A DNA stretch of 64,000 nt from Solirubrobacterales bacterium. GTDB taxonomy: Bacteria > Actinomycetota > Thermoleophilia > Solirubrobacterales > JACPNS01. Made by a program: the position numbers and the translations under genes. The DNA lies in assembly GCA_051306435.1 (NCBI GenBank), contig JBPPNF010000047.1, forward strand, positions 145-64,144. Reading direction: 5' to 3'. The notes beneath the pieces were generated by a model, which saw nothing but the letters and a program-made list of their open reading frames with translations, was not told the DNA's origin and searched no databases. Shown piece by piece: positions 36,877 to 44,469 of this stretch; position 1 is the first letter of the stretch; every line of letters starts with the position of its first letter.

Positions 36877-38058
36877 ATGGAATCAGCCACGATCAAGCCC
36901 GACTTTGCCGCCAGCACACGGCACTTCATCTTCACCGAGGAGCACGAGCAGCTGCGCGAGACGATCGAGCGCTTTGTCAAGACGGAGCTCGCGCCCCACG
37001 CGGATGAGTGGGAAGAGACCACGTTCCCGGACTCCGTGGTCAAGCGTATGGGCGATCTCGGATTCCTCGGCCTCACGCAGCCCGAGGAGTACGGCGGCCA
37101 GGGCGGCGACTACTTCACCTCCGTCGTGCGCGCCGAGGCGATGGCCTACTCGAACAGCGGCGGCCTGAACATGGGCATCGCCGTCCAGACCGACATGGCG
37201 ATGCCGCCGATCGCCAAGTTCGGGTCTGAGGAGATCAAGCAGAAGTACTTGAAGGGCGCGATCGCCGGCGACATCATTCTCGCGCTGGGCATCACCGAGC
37301 CCGACGCCGGATCCGACGTCGCCGCGATCAAGACCCGCGCCGTGCGCGACGGCGACGACTACGTGATCAACGGCTCAAAGGTCTTCATCACCAACGGCCT
37401 GCGCGCCGACGCGATTGTGCTCGTCACCAAGACCGACGACTCGAAGGGCTTCGAGGGATTCACGCTTTTCATCGTCGACACCGACACTCCCGGCTTCGAG
37501 GTCTCGCGAAAGCTCGAAAAGCTCGGCATGCACGCTTCTGACACCGCGGAGTTGTCCTTCACCGACATGCGCGTCCCGGCGGCGAACATGCTCGGCGAAG
37601 AGGGCAAGGGCTTCTACAACATCATGTGGGAGCTGCAGAGCGAGCGCATGGTCGCCGCCTGCGCGTGCGTGGCCGGTGCGCAGCGTGTGCTCGAGCAGAC
37701 GATGGAATACGCCAAGGAGCGCGAAGCCTTCGGCCGCCCGATCGGCAAGTTCCAGGCGATCCGCCACAAGATCGCCACGATGAGCATGAAGATCGAGGCA
37801 GCGCGCCAGCTCAACTACTACACGGCGTGGCTCGTCGATCAGGGCCAGTACCCGGTGCGCGAGATCTCACAGGCGAAGCTCTACTCCTCGCAGATCGGCT
37901 GCGAAGTCACCGACGAGTGCCTGCAGATCCACGGCGGCTGGGGCTACATGAAGGAGTACGGCATCGAGCGCGCGTGGCGTGACATGCGTTTGAACCGCAT
38001 CGGTGCTGGAACTGATGAAGTGATGCTTGATGTGATCGGGCGCAGTTACGGGTTCTAG
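36877..38058 (+). CDS. acyl-CoA dehydrogenase
   Basis: 393 aa. GITEPDAGSDVAAIKTRA, FITNG and the C-terminal QIHGGWGYMKEYGIERAWRDMRLNRIGAGTDEV carry the ACAD signature, including the catalytic Glu context. Confidence 0.9.
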   Translation: MESATIKPDFAASTRHFIFTEEHEQLRETIERFVKTELAPHADEWEETTFPDSVVKRMGDLGFLGLTQPEEYGGQGGDYFTSVVRAEAMAYSNSGGLNMGIAVQTDMAMPPIAKFGSEEIKQKYLKGAIAGDIILALGITEPDAGSDVAAIKTRAVRDGDDYVINGSKVFITNGLRADAIVLVTKTDDSKGFEGFTLFIVDTDTPGFEVSRKLEKLGMHASDTAELSFTDMRVPAANMLGEEGKGFYNIMWELQSERMVAACACVAGAQRVLEQTMEYAKEREAFGRPIGKFQAIRHKIATMSMKIEAARQLNYYTAWLVDQGQYPVREISQAKLYSSQIGCEVTDECLQIHGGWGYMKEYGIERAWRDMRLNRIGAGTDEVMLDVIGRSYGF

Positions 38059-38230
38059 TTGACGAGCGGGGCGCCACGGTCAGCAGGAATCCGCCTGCTG
38101 CGAGCGGGATGACGGCGCCGATGTACGCGTTGTGAGCGGGTGTCAGCGATGGTCGCGTTGTCCGAACCGAGCGACTGCGAGATCGTGAGGATCACCGCCA
38201 CCTGGTCGGCGACCATTGCCAGGATGCAAC
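38059..38230 (-). pseudogene. possible frameshifted remnant of a membrane-protein gene
   Basis: On the minus strand, one frame reads CILAMVADQVAVILTISQSLGSDNATIAD with coding-like GC-rich third positions. After a frame change near 38140 it continues as PAHNAYIGAVIPLAAGGFLLTVAPRSS (TM-helix-like). No intact ORF with a plausible start exists. Confidence 0.3.
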
Positions 38231-38269
38231 GCGAGGCGTGGCGCAGACAAATCTCCGCGTGTGCGAGAA

Positions 38270-38290
38270 GTAAGAAGTTCCACATCTCAC
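38270..38290. promoter_or_regulatory. 21-bp palindromic operator candidate, site 3: GTAAGAAGT-TCC-ACATCTCAC
   Basis: 89 nt upstream of the SDR ATG. Preceded by GAGAA (a partial extra half-repeat). Confidence 0.55.
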
Positions 38291-38379
38291 TTCAACTGCA
38301 GAGCGGATAAGCTCCCACGCTGGATTTGCACCTTCTTTTCTCGATCCTCCAACCCACCAAGAAAGAGATCTAAATCACC

Positions 38380-39225
38380 ATGAGTGACCTCGTCATTCCC
38401 GGTCTGCTTGAAGGCAAGACCGCCATCGTCACCGGTTCGGCCCGCGGCATCGGCCGCTCCACCGCAGAGCTGCTCGCAGGCTCAGGCGCAAACGTTCTGA
38501 TCACCGACCTCGACGGCGACATCGCAGAGCAGGCTTCTGGCGAGATCGCCGGCAACACCGTCTCGATCGGCGGCGACATCACCAAGAACGGCGAGCCCGC
38601 CAACATCGTCAAGAAGGCGATCGATGAGTTCGGCCAGATCGACATCCTGATCAACAACGCCGGCTACACCTGGGACGGCCCGGTCCACAAGATCACGGAC
38701 GAGCAGTGGGACGCAATGCTCAACGTCCACGTCAAGGCCCCCTTCCAGATGATCCGCGAAGCCGCCCCCTACTTCCGCGAGCCGGCCAAGGCTGAGCGCG
38801 CAGAGGGCAAGGAAGTCTTCCGCAAGATCGTCAACGTGTCTTCGACTTCCGGAATGTTCGGCAACGCCGGTCAGGCCAACTACAGCTCCGGCAAGCTCGG
38901 CGTCGTCGGTCTGACCAAGACTGTCGCCAAGGAGTGGGGTCAGTTCAAGGTCAATGTCAACGCAGTCGCTTTCGGTTTCGTCGACACGCGCCTGACGGCC
39001 GCCAAGGAAGAGGCAGAGACGATCGAGCGTGACGGCGAGCAGATTCAGCTCGGTATCCCGGAGCAGATGCGCCAGATGGCGAACATGATGATTCCGCTCG
39101 GCCGCCCGGCAACCCCTGAAGAGGCCGCTGCGCCGGTCTACTTCCTGGCAAGCCCGCTCTCCAACTACGTGCACGGTCAGGTGCTCAACATCACCGGCGG
39201 CATGTTCGGCGGTATGGCGTTCTAG
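38380..39225 (+). CDS. SDR family oxidoreductase (FabG-like)
   Basis: 281 aa. TGSARGIG cofactor motif, NNAG, and the catalytic YSSGK (YxxxK). Confidence 0.9.
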   Translation: MSDLVIPGLLEGKTAIVTGSARGIGRSTAELLAGSGANVLITDLDGDIAEQASGEIAGNTVSIGGDITKNGEPANIVKKAIDEFGQIDILINNAGYTWDGPVHKITDEQWDAMLNVHVKAPFQMIREAAPYFREPAKAERAEGKEVFRKIVNVSSTSGMFGNAGQANYSSGKLGVVGLTKTVAKEWGQFKVNVNAVAFGFVDTRLTAAKEEAETIERDGEQIQLGIPEQMRQMANMMIPLGRPATPEEAAAPVYFLASPLSNYVHGQVLNITGGMFGGMAF

Positions 39226-39261
39226 TTCGCCAGTTGCTGCTCGAAGTTCCAGGCAGTTATC

Positions 39262-39298
39262 AAAAGGCCCTTCCGCTCGCGCGGGAGGGCCTTTTTCT
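39262..39298 (+). terminator. intrinsic terminator after the SDR gene
   Basis: AAAAGGCCCTTCCGC-TCGC-GCGGGAGGGCCTTTTT followed by CTTG. GC-rich stem plus T-run. Confidence 0.8.
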
Positions 39299-39329
39299 TG
39301 CCCTCCGGCCGTGGGCATAGATTTCGGCC

Positions 39330-40229
39330 ATGGCGGAGATCGACACACCGGTGTTGCGAACACCCCTGCCCGGGGGATCCGAAGGGGCGCGCGTGACCCT
39401 GCGGCCGTTCTCCACCGGCGAGATCGCCGTGCCGCGCGGCTTCCTGCACCGCATCGACGAACGCTTCGCCCACCAGCGCGCGCTCTGGCGCGGGGCGCGG
39501 AAGAAGTACGACCACTGGACCCCGTGTCCGATTTTCCTGATCGAGCATCCAACCGCTGGGCGAGTTCTGGTTGACACGGGAGTCCCCGCTGCGTCGGCCC
39601 ACGATCCGAAGGCCGGACTCGGCGCCCTTGCCGGTCGGATGTATGCAGTGCGGGCCACCGAGGATCAGCCGCTGCCGGCGCGGATGCGCGCGCTGGGGAT
39701 CCCGCGCGGCGGGATTGACGTCGTCGTGATGACGCATCTGCACTTTGATCACGCCGGCGCGCTCAATGAGATTGAGGATGCCGTCGTCGTGGTCAGCAAG
39801 AAGGAGTGGCGCAGCGCGAATGCCGGTAAGGCGCTGGCGCGCGGCTACGTGCGGCGCGAGTTCGATCTGGCGCATGACTACCGGCTGGTGGACTTTGACG
39901 ATCCGACGGTCAATTCTTTTGCTTCGTTCGGACGATCGGTCGACCTCTTCGGGGACGGCTCAGTGATGCTCGTCTCCACCCCCGGACATTCGAGCGGCCA
40001 CATGTCAGTGGTGGTGCGGCTGAAGGACCGCGAGTGCCTGATCGCCGGCGACGCGATCTACACGCGGCGCTCACTCGATGCCGGCGACCTGCCGCTGATC
40101 ATCGCCGACGAGCACAACTACAAACGCTCAGTCCGCGAGATCCGCGCCTACAAACAGATGACCCCCAGCGCCCTGATCATCCCTGGCCACGACGCCGATC
40201 GCTTCGCGTCGCTCGACGAGCTCTACTGA
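39330..40229 (+). CDS. MBL-fold metallo-hydrolase (N-acyl-homoserine-lactonase-like)
   Basis: 299 aa. HLHFDHAG (HxHxDH) and later TPGHSSGH metal ligands. Overall length and layout resemble AiiA-type lactonases. Confidence 0.7.
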   Translation: MAEIDTPVLRTPLPGGSEGARVTLRPFSTGEIAVPRGFLHRIDERFAHQRALWRGARKKYDHWTPCPIFLIEHPTAGRVLVDTGVPAASAHDPKAGLGALAGRMYAVRATEDQPLPARMRALGIPRGGIDVVVMTHLHFDHAGALNEIEDAVVVVSKKEWRSANAGKALARGYVRREFDLAHDYRLVDFDDPTVNSFASFGRSVDLFGDGSVMLVSTPGHSSGHMSVVVRLKDRECLIAGDAIYTRRSLDAGDLPLIIADEHNYKRSVREIRAYKQMTPSALIIPGHDADRFASLDELY

Positions 40230-40235
40230 CGTCGG

Positions 40236-41000
40236 CTACTCAGGAGCGGTGCGGCGGGGGACTTCGCCGGTGCGGGCGCGTTCCTTCTGGCGCCACTTCG
40301 GCTCGAACTCGGCGTCCATCTGCCACCACATCTCAAGGACCCGGCGGAAGATCTCTTCTGAGACGGCCTGCGCCTGCTCCTTGGTCGGCTCGTCGATCTG
40401 CGTGAACTGGACCGGTCGGCCGTAGCGAACCACGACCTTCGGGAACCAGTGCTTCTTGACGTCACGCAGAAACTGCGAGCCGTAGATCGCGACCGGAACG
40501 ACCGGCGCGCCGCTGGTCAGCGCGAGCTGGCCCGCGCCGCGCTTTGCGACGGTCGGGTAGTAATCGCGCGAGCGACCGCCCTCGGCGTACATCTGCACGA
40601 CGCCGCCGCGGTCGAGGATCGCCTGCGCGGTGACGAATGTCTCGGAGTCGCCCTTCCCGCGCATGACCGGAAAGACACCACCGTGCGAGTAGACGAAGTC
40701 GAGCGGCGGCTTGAAGAGCTGCGACTTGGCCATGAACTGGAGCTTGCGGCGCAGGTGGATGCCGGTGAAGAAGTGATCGATGAAGCTGAAGTGGTTGGGC
40801 ACGAAGATCGTCCCGCCCGCGCGCGGCACATTGTGCGCGTCGATCGCGGCGAGGCGGTCGAGTGCTCCGTAGCTGCCGGTCATCACGACGCGTACGAGGT
40901 CGTACATCGCGCTCGGCGGGTGTTCGCGCACGCGTCGGTGGTAGCGCTCCATGCCGGCGGCGTCGCGCTGATCGACGTAAACCTGTTCCTTCATCGCCAT
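40236..41000 (-). CDS. plsC: 1-acyl-sn-glycerol-3-phosphate acyltransferase family protein
   Basis: 254 aa. HX4D motif in VPNHFSFIDH, then FPVMRG and EGGRS blocks typical of lysophospholipid acyltransferases. Confidence 0.8.
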   Translation of the reverse strand: MAMKEQVYVDQRDAAGMERYHRRVREHPPSAMYDLVRVVMTGSYGALDRLAAIDAHNVPRAGGTIFVPNHFSFIDHFFTGIHLRRKLQFMAKSQLFKPPLDFVYSHGGVFPVMRGKGDSETFVTAQAILDRGGVVQMYAEGGRSRDYYPTVAKRGAGQLALTSGAPVVPVAIYGSQFLRDVKKHWFPKVVVRYGRPVQFTQIDEPTKEQAQAVSEEIFRRVLEMWWQMDAEFEPKWRQKERARTGEVPRRTAPE

Positions 41001-41018
41001 GTGATCACCTCCCGCCTG

Positions 41019-42500
41019 TCACGCGCCGGGCGTTCCTCGCCCGCGCACACTGTTGACCGTCGCCGCCCACTCGTCGAGCAGCCCGGCACGGCGGGATTCT
41101 GACATCTGTGGTTCGAAACGATACTGCTCCCGCCAGAGCGACTCCACTTCGGCGGCCGTCCAGCTGCCGGCGGTGATGCCGGCCATCATTCCCGCGCCGA
41201 ATCCAGTCGTCTCGGTGATCTCCGGCACAACGACCGGCACGCCGAGCACGTCGGCCTGGAACTGCATCAGCCAGTGGTTTGCGACTGCGCCGCCGTCGGC
41301 GTGCAGCTCGTCGAGCGGCAGCCCGGCCGCGCGCTCCATCGCGCGCACCGCGTCCACCGTCTGGAACGCCATCGCCTCGAGCGCGGCTCGGGCCAGGTGC
41401 GCGCGCGTGGTGCCGCGGGTCAGTCCCATGATCGCGCCGCGCGCGTCCGGGTCCCAGTAGGGCGATCCGAGTCCGGTCAGCGCCGGCACGAAGTACACGC
41501 CGTCGTTCGAGTCGAGCGAGCGCGCCAGCGTCTCGGTCTCAGCCGCATTTGGCAGCAGGCCCAGCCCGTCACGCAGCCACTGCACCGCTGCACCCGACAC
41601 GAACACGCTCGCCTCGTAAGCGTAGGTGGCGGTTTCAGCGGTGCCCCAGGCAAGCGTGCCGATCAGCCCGTCGGCCGGCACCGGCGCGCCGTCGCCGACG
41701 TTCAGCAGCACGAAGCTGCCGGTGCCGTAAGTGTTCTTCGCCTTGCCCGGCGAGAAGCACGCCTGACCGAACAGCGCCGCCTGCTGATCGCCCGCCATGC
41801 CGGCGAGCGGGATCGAGGCACCGCCGAACAGGCCGGGATCGGTCTCGCCGAAGACGCTGAGCGAAGGCTGCACCTTTGGCAACGACGCCGGGTCCACGCC
41901 GAAAAGCTCGCAGAGCTCCAGCGACCACTCGAGCTTGTTGATGTCGAAGAGCATCGTGCGCGCGGCGTTCGAGTAGTCGGTCACGTGGTGGCCCGTGAGT
42001 TTGAACGCGAGCCACGAATCGATCGTCCCGAAGCAGATCTCCGCAGCCGGGCGAGCTGCGAGACCTTCCACGTTCTGCAGCAGCCACTCGATCTTCGTCG
42101 CGGAGAAGTAGGGATCGATCGTCAGACCGGTCTGCTCGCGCACCAGCTGCGAGTGGCCGTCTTCCACCAACGCGCGGCAGCGGTCGGCGGTGCGGCGATC
42201 CTGCCAGACGATCGCGTGGTGCAACGGCTCGCCGCTCGCGCGATCCCACGCCACGACGGTCTCGCGTTGGTTGGTGATCCCGAGTCCCTTGAGATCGCTG
42301 GCCCGGGCTCCGGCGGCCGCGAGCACCTCGGCGGCGACTCCGCTTGTGACGTTCCAGATCTCGTTGGCGTCGTGTTCGACCCAACCCGGATGCGGGAAGT
42401 GCTGCGTGAACTCGTGCTGGCGCGATGCGACGATCCGGCCGTCGTCGCCGAGCAGCATCGCTTTGCTGCCCGTCGTGCCCTCGTCGAGCGCGAGGATCAC
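41019..42500 (-). CDS. glpK: glycerol kinase
   Basis: 493 aa. ILALDEGTTGSK, GITNQRETVVAWD, YFSATKIEWLL and GDQQAALFGQ are canonical GlpK (FGGY family) blocks. Confidence 0.92.
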   Translation of the reverse strand: MILALDEGTTGSKAMLLGDDGRIVASRQHEFTQHFPHPGWVEHDANEIWNVTSGVAAEVLAAAGARASDLKGLGITNQRETVVAWDRASGEPLHHAIVWQDRRTADRCRALVEDGHSQLVREQTGLTIDPYFSATKIEWLLQNVEGLAARPAAEICFGTIDSWLAFKLTGHHVTDYSNAARTMLFDINKLEWSLELCELFGVDPASLPKVQPSLSVFGETDPGLFGGASIPLAGMAGDQQAALFGQACFSPGKAKNTYGTGSFVLLNVGDGAPVPADGLIGTLAWGTAETATYAYEASVFVSGAAVQWLRDGLGLLPNAAETETLARSLDSNDGVYFVPALTGLGSPYWDPDARGAIMGLTRGTTRAHLARAALEAMAFQTVDAVRAMERAAGLPLDELHADGGAVANHWLMQFQADVLGVPVVVPEITETTGFGAGMMAGITAGSWTAAEVESLWREQYRFEPQMSESRRAGLLDEWAATVNSVRGRGTPGA

Positions 42501-43204
42501 GTGCGCGGCTCTCTGGTTTCGCGGTACACCTTGAGGAAGTCTTTCAGTTGGCGGCCGCGGTGGACGAAGCCGGCGAGCGACCTGCCGGTCGCGCGGTGCG
42601 CGAGGTCGAGCTCGATCTCCTTCACCCGCAGGCCGGCGCGAACTGCGTCGATCGTCATCCCGATCTCCATGCCGAAGGCCGCGTGGAAAGGCGTCACAGC
42701 GTCGAGCGCGTCGTATGTGATCGCGCGCTGGCCAGAGATCGGCGCGCGGGTGTCAAGCCCACAGCGGCGCAGAATCGCCTTGTGCGCAAAGCCGAGCGCA
42801 AGTCCGAACCCGCCACCGACGCGACTGGCGAAGATCGCCACCGTGAGATCGGCCTCGCCTGCCGCCACGGCCTCTGCCAGTGGCGCCAGGCGGGCGGCCG
42901 AGCGGGCGAGGTCCGCGTCGGCGAGCAGGACTACGGCCGAGTCACTCGGTGCGCCGTCGGCCAGAACGCGCGCCGCTGCGAGCGACGCCGCACCACCTTT
43001 GCCCAGATGGGTGGGCCCACCGACCACCGTCGCGCCGGCCTCGCGCGCCACGTCGCCGGTCGCGTCCGCTGAACCGTCGTCGGCAACGACAACAGTCGTG
43101 CCCGGAAAAGCCTCGTGCAGCGCCGCGACAGTCTCGGCGACATGGTCGGCCTCGTTGCGCGCGGCGACGATCACGTGGCCGACCAGGATGTGTTCGTCCG
43201 CCAT
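42497..43204 (-). CDS. GT-A fold glycosyltransferase, glucosyl-3-phosphoglycerate-synthase-like
   Basis: 235 aa. The order AARNEA...VVVADDGSADAT...GKGGA...LADADL...GGGFG...PISGQRA...FGMEIGMTIDA follows the pattern I recall for GpgS/GT81-type enzymes, but the protein is shorter. Its stop overlaps the glpK start by 4 nt. Confidence 0.55.
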   Translation of the reverse strand: MADEHILVGHVIVAARNEADHVAETVAALHEAFPGTTVVVADDGSADATGDVAREAGATVVGGPTHLGKGGAASLAAARVLADGAPSDSAVVLLADADLARSAARLAPLAEAVAAGEADLTVAIFASRVGGGFGLALGFAHKAILRRCGLDTRAPISGQRAITYDALDAVTPFHAAFGMEIGMTIDAVRAGLRVKEIELDLAHRATGRSLAGFVHRGRQLKDFLKVYRETREPRT

Positions 43205-43265
43205 CAGGGACGATATGTTGTCAGGCGGCTACGACGATCTCCAAACACCCCGACCAAGAGGCGAA

Positions 43266-43478
43266 ATGAGCGACATAGAGGCACACATCACCGGCACCGT
43301 CTGGAAGATAGAGGTAAAGCCCGGCGACAGCATCGAAGAGGGCGACACCGTCGTGATCCTCGAGTCGATGAAGATGGAGATGCCGGTCGAAGCCGAAGAC
43401 GACGGCGTCGTCAAAGAGATCAAATGCGCCGAAGGCCAGTCGGTCCACGAAGGTGACGTGCTCGTAGTTCTCGAATAG
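43266..43478 (+). CDS. small biotin/lipoyl-attachment protein (stand-alone BCCP-like)
   Basis: 70 aa, embedded in a spurious 734-aa track ORF. Biotinylation motif ESMKME at the hairpin tip. The size matches the small actinobacterial biotinylated proteins (TB7.3 type). Confidence 0.8.
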   Translation: MSDIEAHITGTVWKIEVKPGDSIEEGDTVVILESMKMEMPVEAEDDGVVKEIKCAEGQSVHEGDVLVVLE

Positions 43479-43517
43479 GCTCAGTTCTCGAATAAGCGCG
43501 GTTCTCAAACAGGAACT
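43467..43517. repeat. three tandem 17-nt direct repeats (GTTCTCGAATAGGCTCA / GTTCTCGAATAAGCGCG / GTTCTCAAACAGGAACT)
   Basis: Read directly from the sequence. The first copy includes the last codons and stop of the BCCP-like gene. The array ends 21 nt before the crotonase ATG. Confidence 0.7.
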
Positions 43518-43538
43518 GCGGCCAATTACTCTCGGGTC

Positions 43539-44360
43539 ATGTCCTTTGAGCTACCCGAGGGTCAGAACCGGCAGGAGTTCGCCAGCGGCAAGCTGATCTA
43601 CGACGAGCCGCTGCCCCACGTCGCCCGCCTGCGGATCGACAACCCCGAGAAGCGCGGTGCGCTCGATCAGGAGATCCTCGATGCCTTCGCGCTCAACGTC
43701 CCGGCGATCGAGGCCCGCTGTCTGATCATCACCGGCACAGGCAGCGTCTTCAGCGCCGGCTACGACATCGGCGGTCTGCCGGACGATCGATTTGCCGAGG
43801 AGGCCGAGAAGCTCGTCGCGCACCCGTTCACCGAGGCGATCACTTCGATCACTGCGTTTCCCTTTCCGACGATCGGCGCGCTCAACGGTCACACGATCGG
43901 AGGCGGTCTGGAGCTTGCGCTCTCGTGCGACATCCGCATCTGCGCCGAGGGCGCGAAGCTCGGGATGCCACCGGCCAAACTCGGCCTGGTCTACAGCTAC
44001 GACGGCCTCGACAAGTTCATCCAGACGATCGGACCCGCCCGCACCCGCGAGCTCTTCTTCACCGCGCAGAACATCAGCGCCGACCGCGCGCTCAAGTGGG
44101 GACTCGTCAACTACGTACGTCAGGCCGAGTCCGTGAGCCCCGACGCGGTGGTGATGGCAGAGTCGATCGCCGCGAACGCACCGCTCTCATTGGAGGGCAA
44201 CAAGCGCGTGATCAACACCCTCCTGGCGCACGCTCCGATCGATCCCGCGATCCGCGATGAGCTCGCCGCGCTGCGTCGCGACTGCTTCCGCAGCAGCGAC
44301 TTCCACGAGGGCGTCCGTGCCTTCGCCGAGAAGCGTCCGCCCGAGTGGACCGGCACCTGA
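43539..44360 (+). CDS. enoyl-CoA hydratase/isomerase (crotonase) family protein
   Basis: 273 aa. IITGTGSVFSAGYDI and LNGHTIGGGLELALSCD. Confidence 0.85.
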   Translation: MSFELPEGQNRQEFASGKLIYDEPLPHVARLRIDNPEKRGALDQEILDAFALNVPAIEARCLIITGTGSVFSAGYDIGGLPDDRFAEEAEKLVAHPFTEAITSITAFPFPTIGALNGHTIGGGLELALSCDIRICAEGAKLGMPPAKLGLVYSYDGLDKFIQTIGPARTRELFFTAQNISADRALKWGLVNYVRQAESVSPDAVVMAESIAANAPLSLEGNKRVINTLLAHAPIDPAIRDELAALRRDCFRSSDFHEGVRAFAEKRPPEWTGT

Positions 44361-44469
44361 TCGCCAAGTCACTCAATCCCACACGGGGCGCGGCTTTGGC
44401 CGTCCGGACAACCGCCTACCTTATGGGTCATCCGATGGGGTTCCCGCCCGGTCGGACGGGGAACCGAAC

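Noticed and set aside
38055-38285. 76-aa minus-strand ORF as a genuine small gene
   Set aside because: Its start lies inside operator site 3. The C-terminal third is Arg-rich nonsense, while a better membrane-like reading exists in another frame. It is more consistent with a decayed gene fragment.
44361-44469. BirA or BioQ operator upstream of bioF
   Set aside because: The region has a GGGTTCCC…GGGGAACC inverted repeat. It does not resemble the BioQ (TGAAC-N3-GTTCA-like) or BirA operator patterns I know. It may simply be a stem-loop after the crotonase gene.
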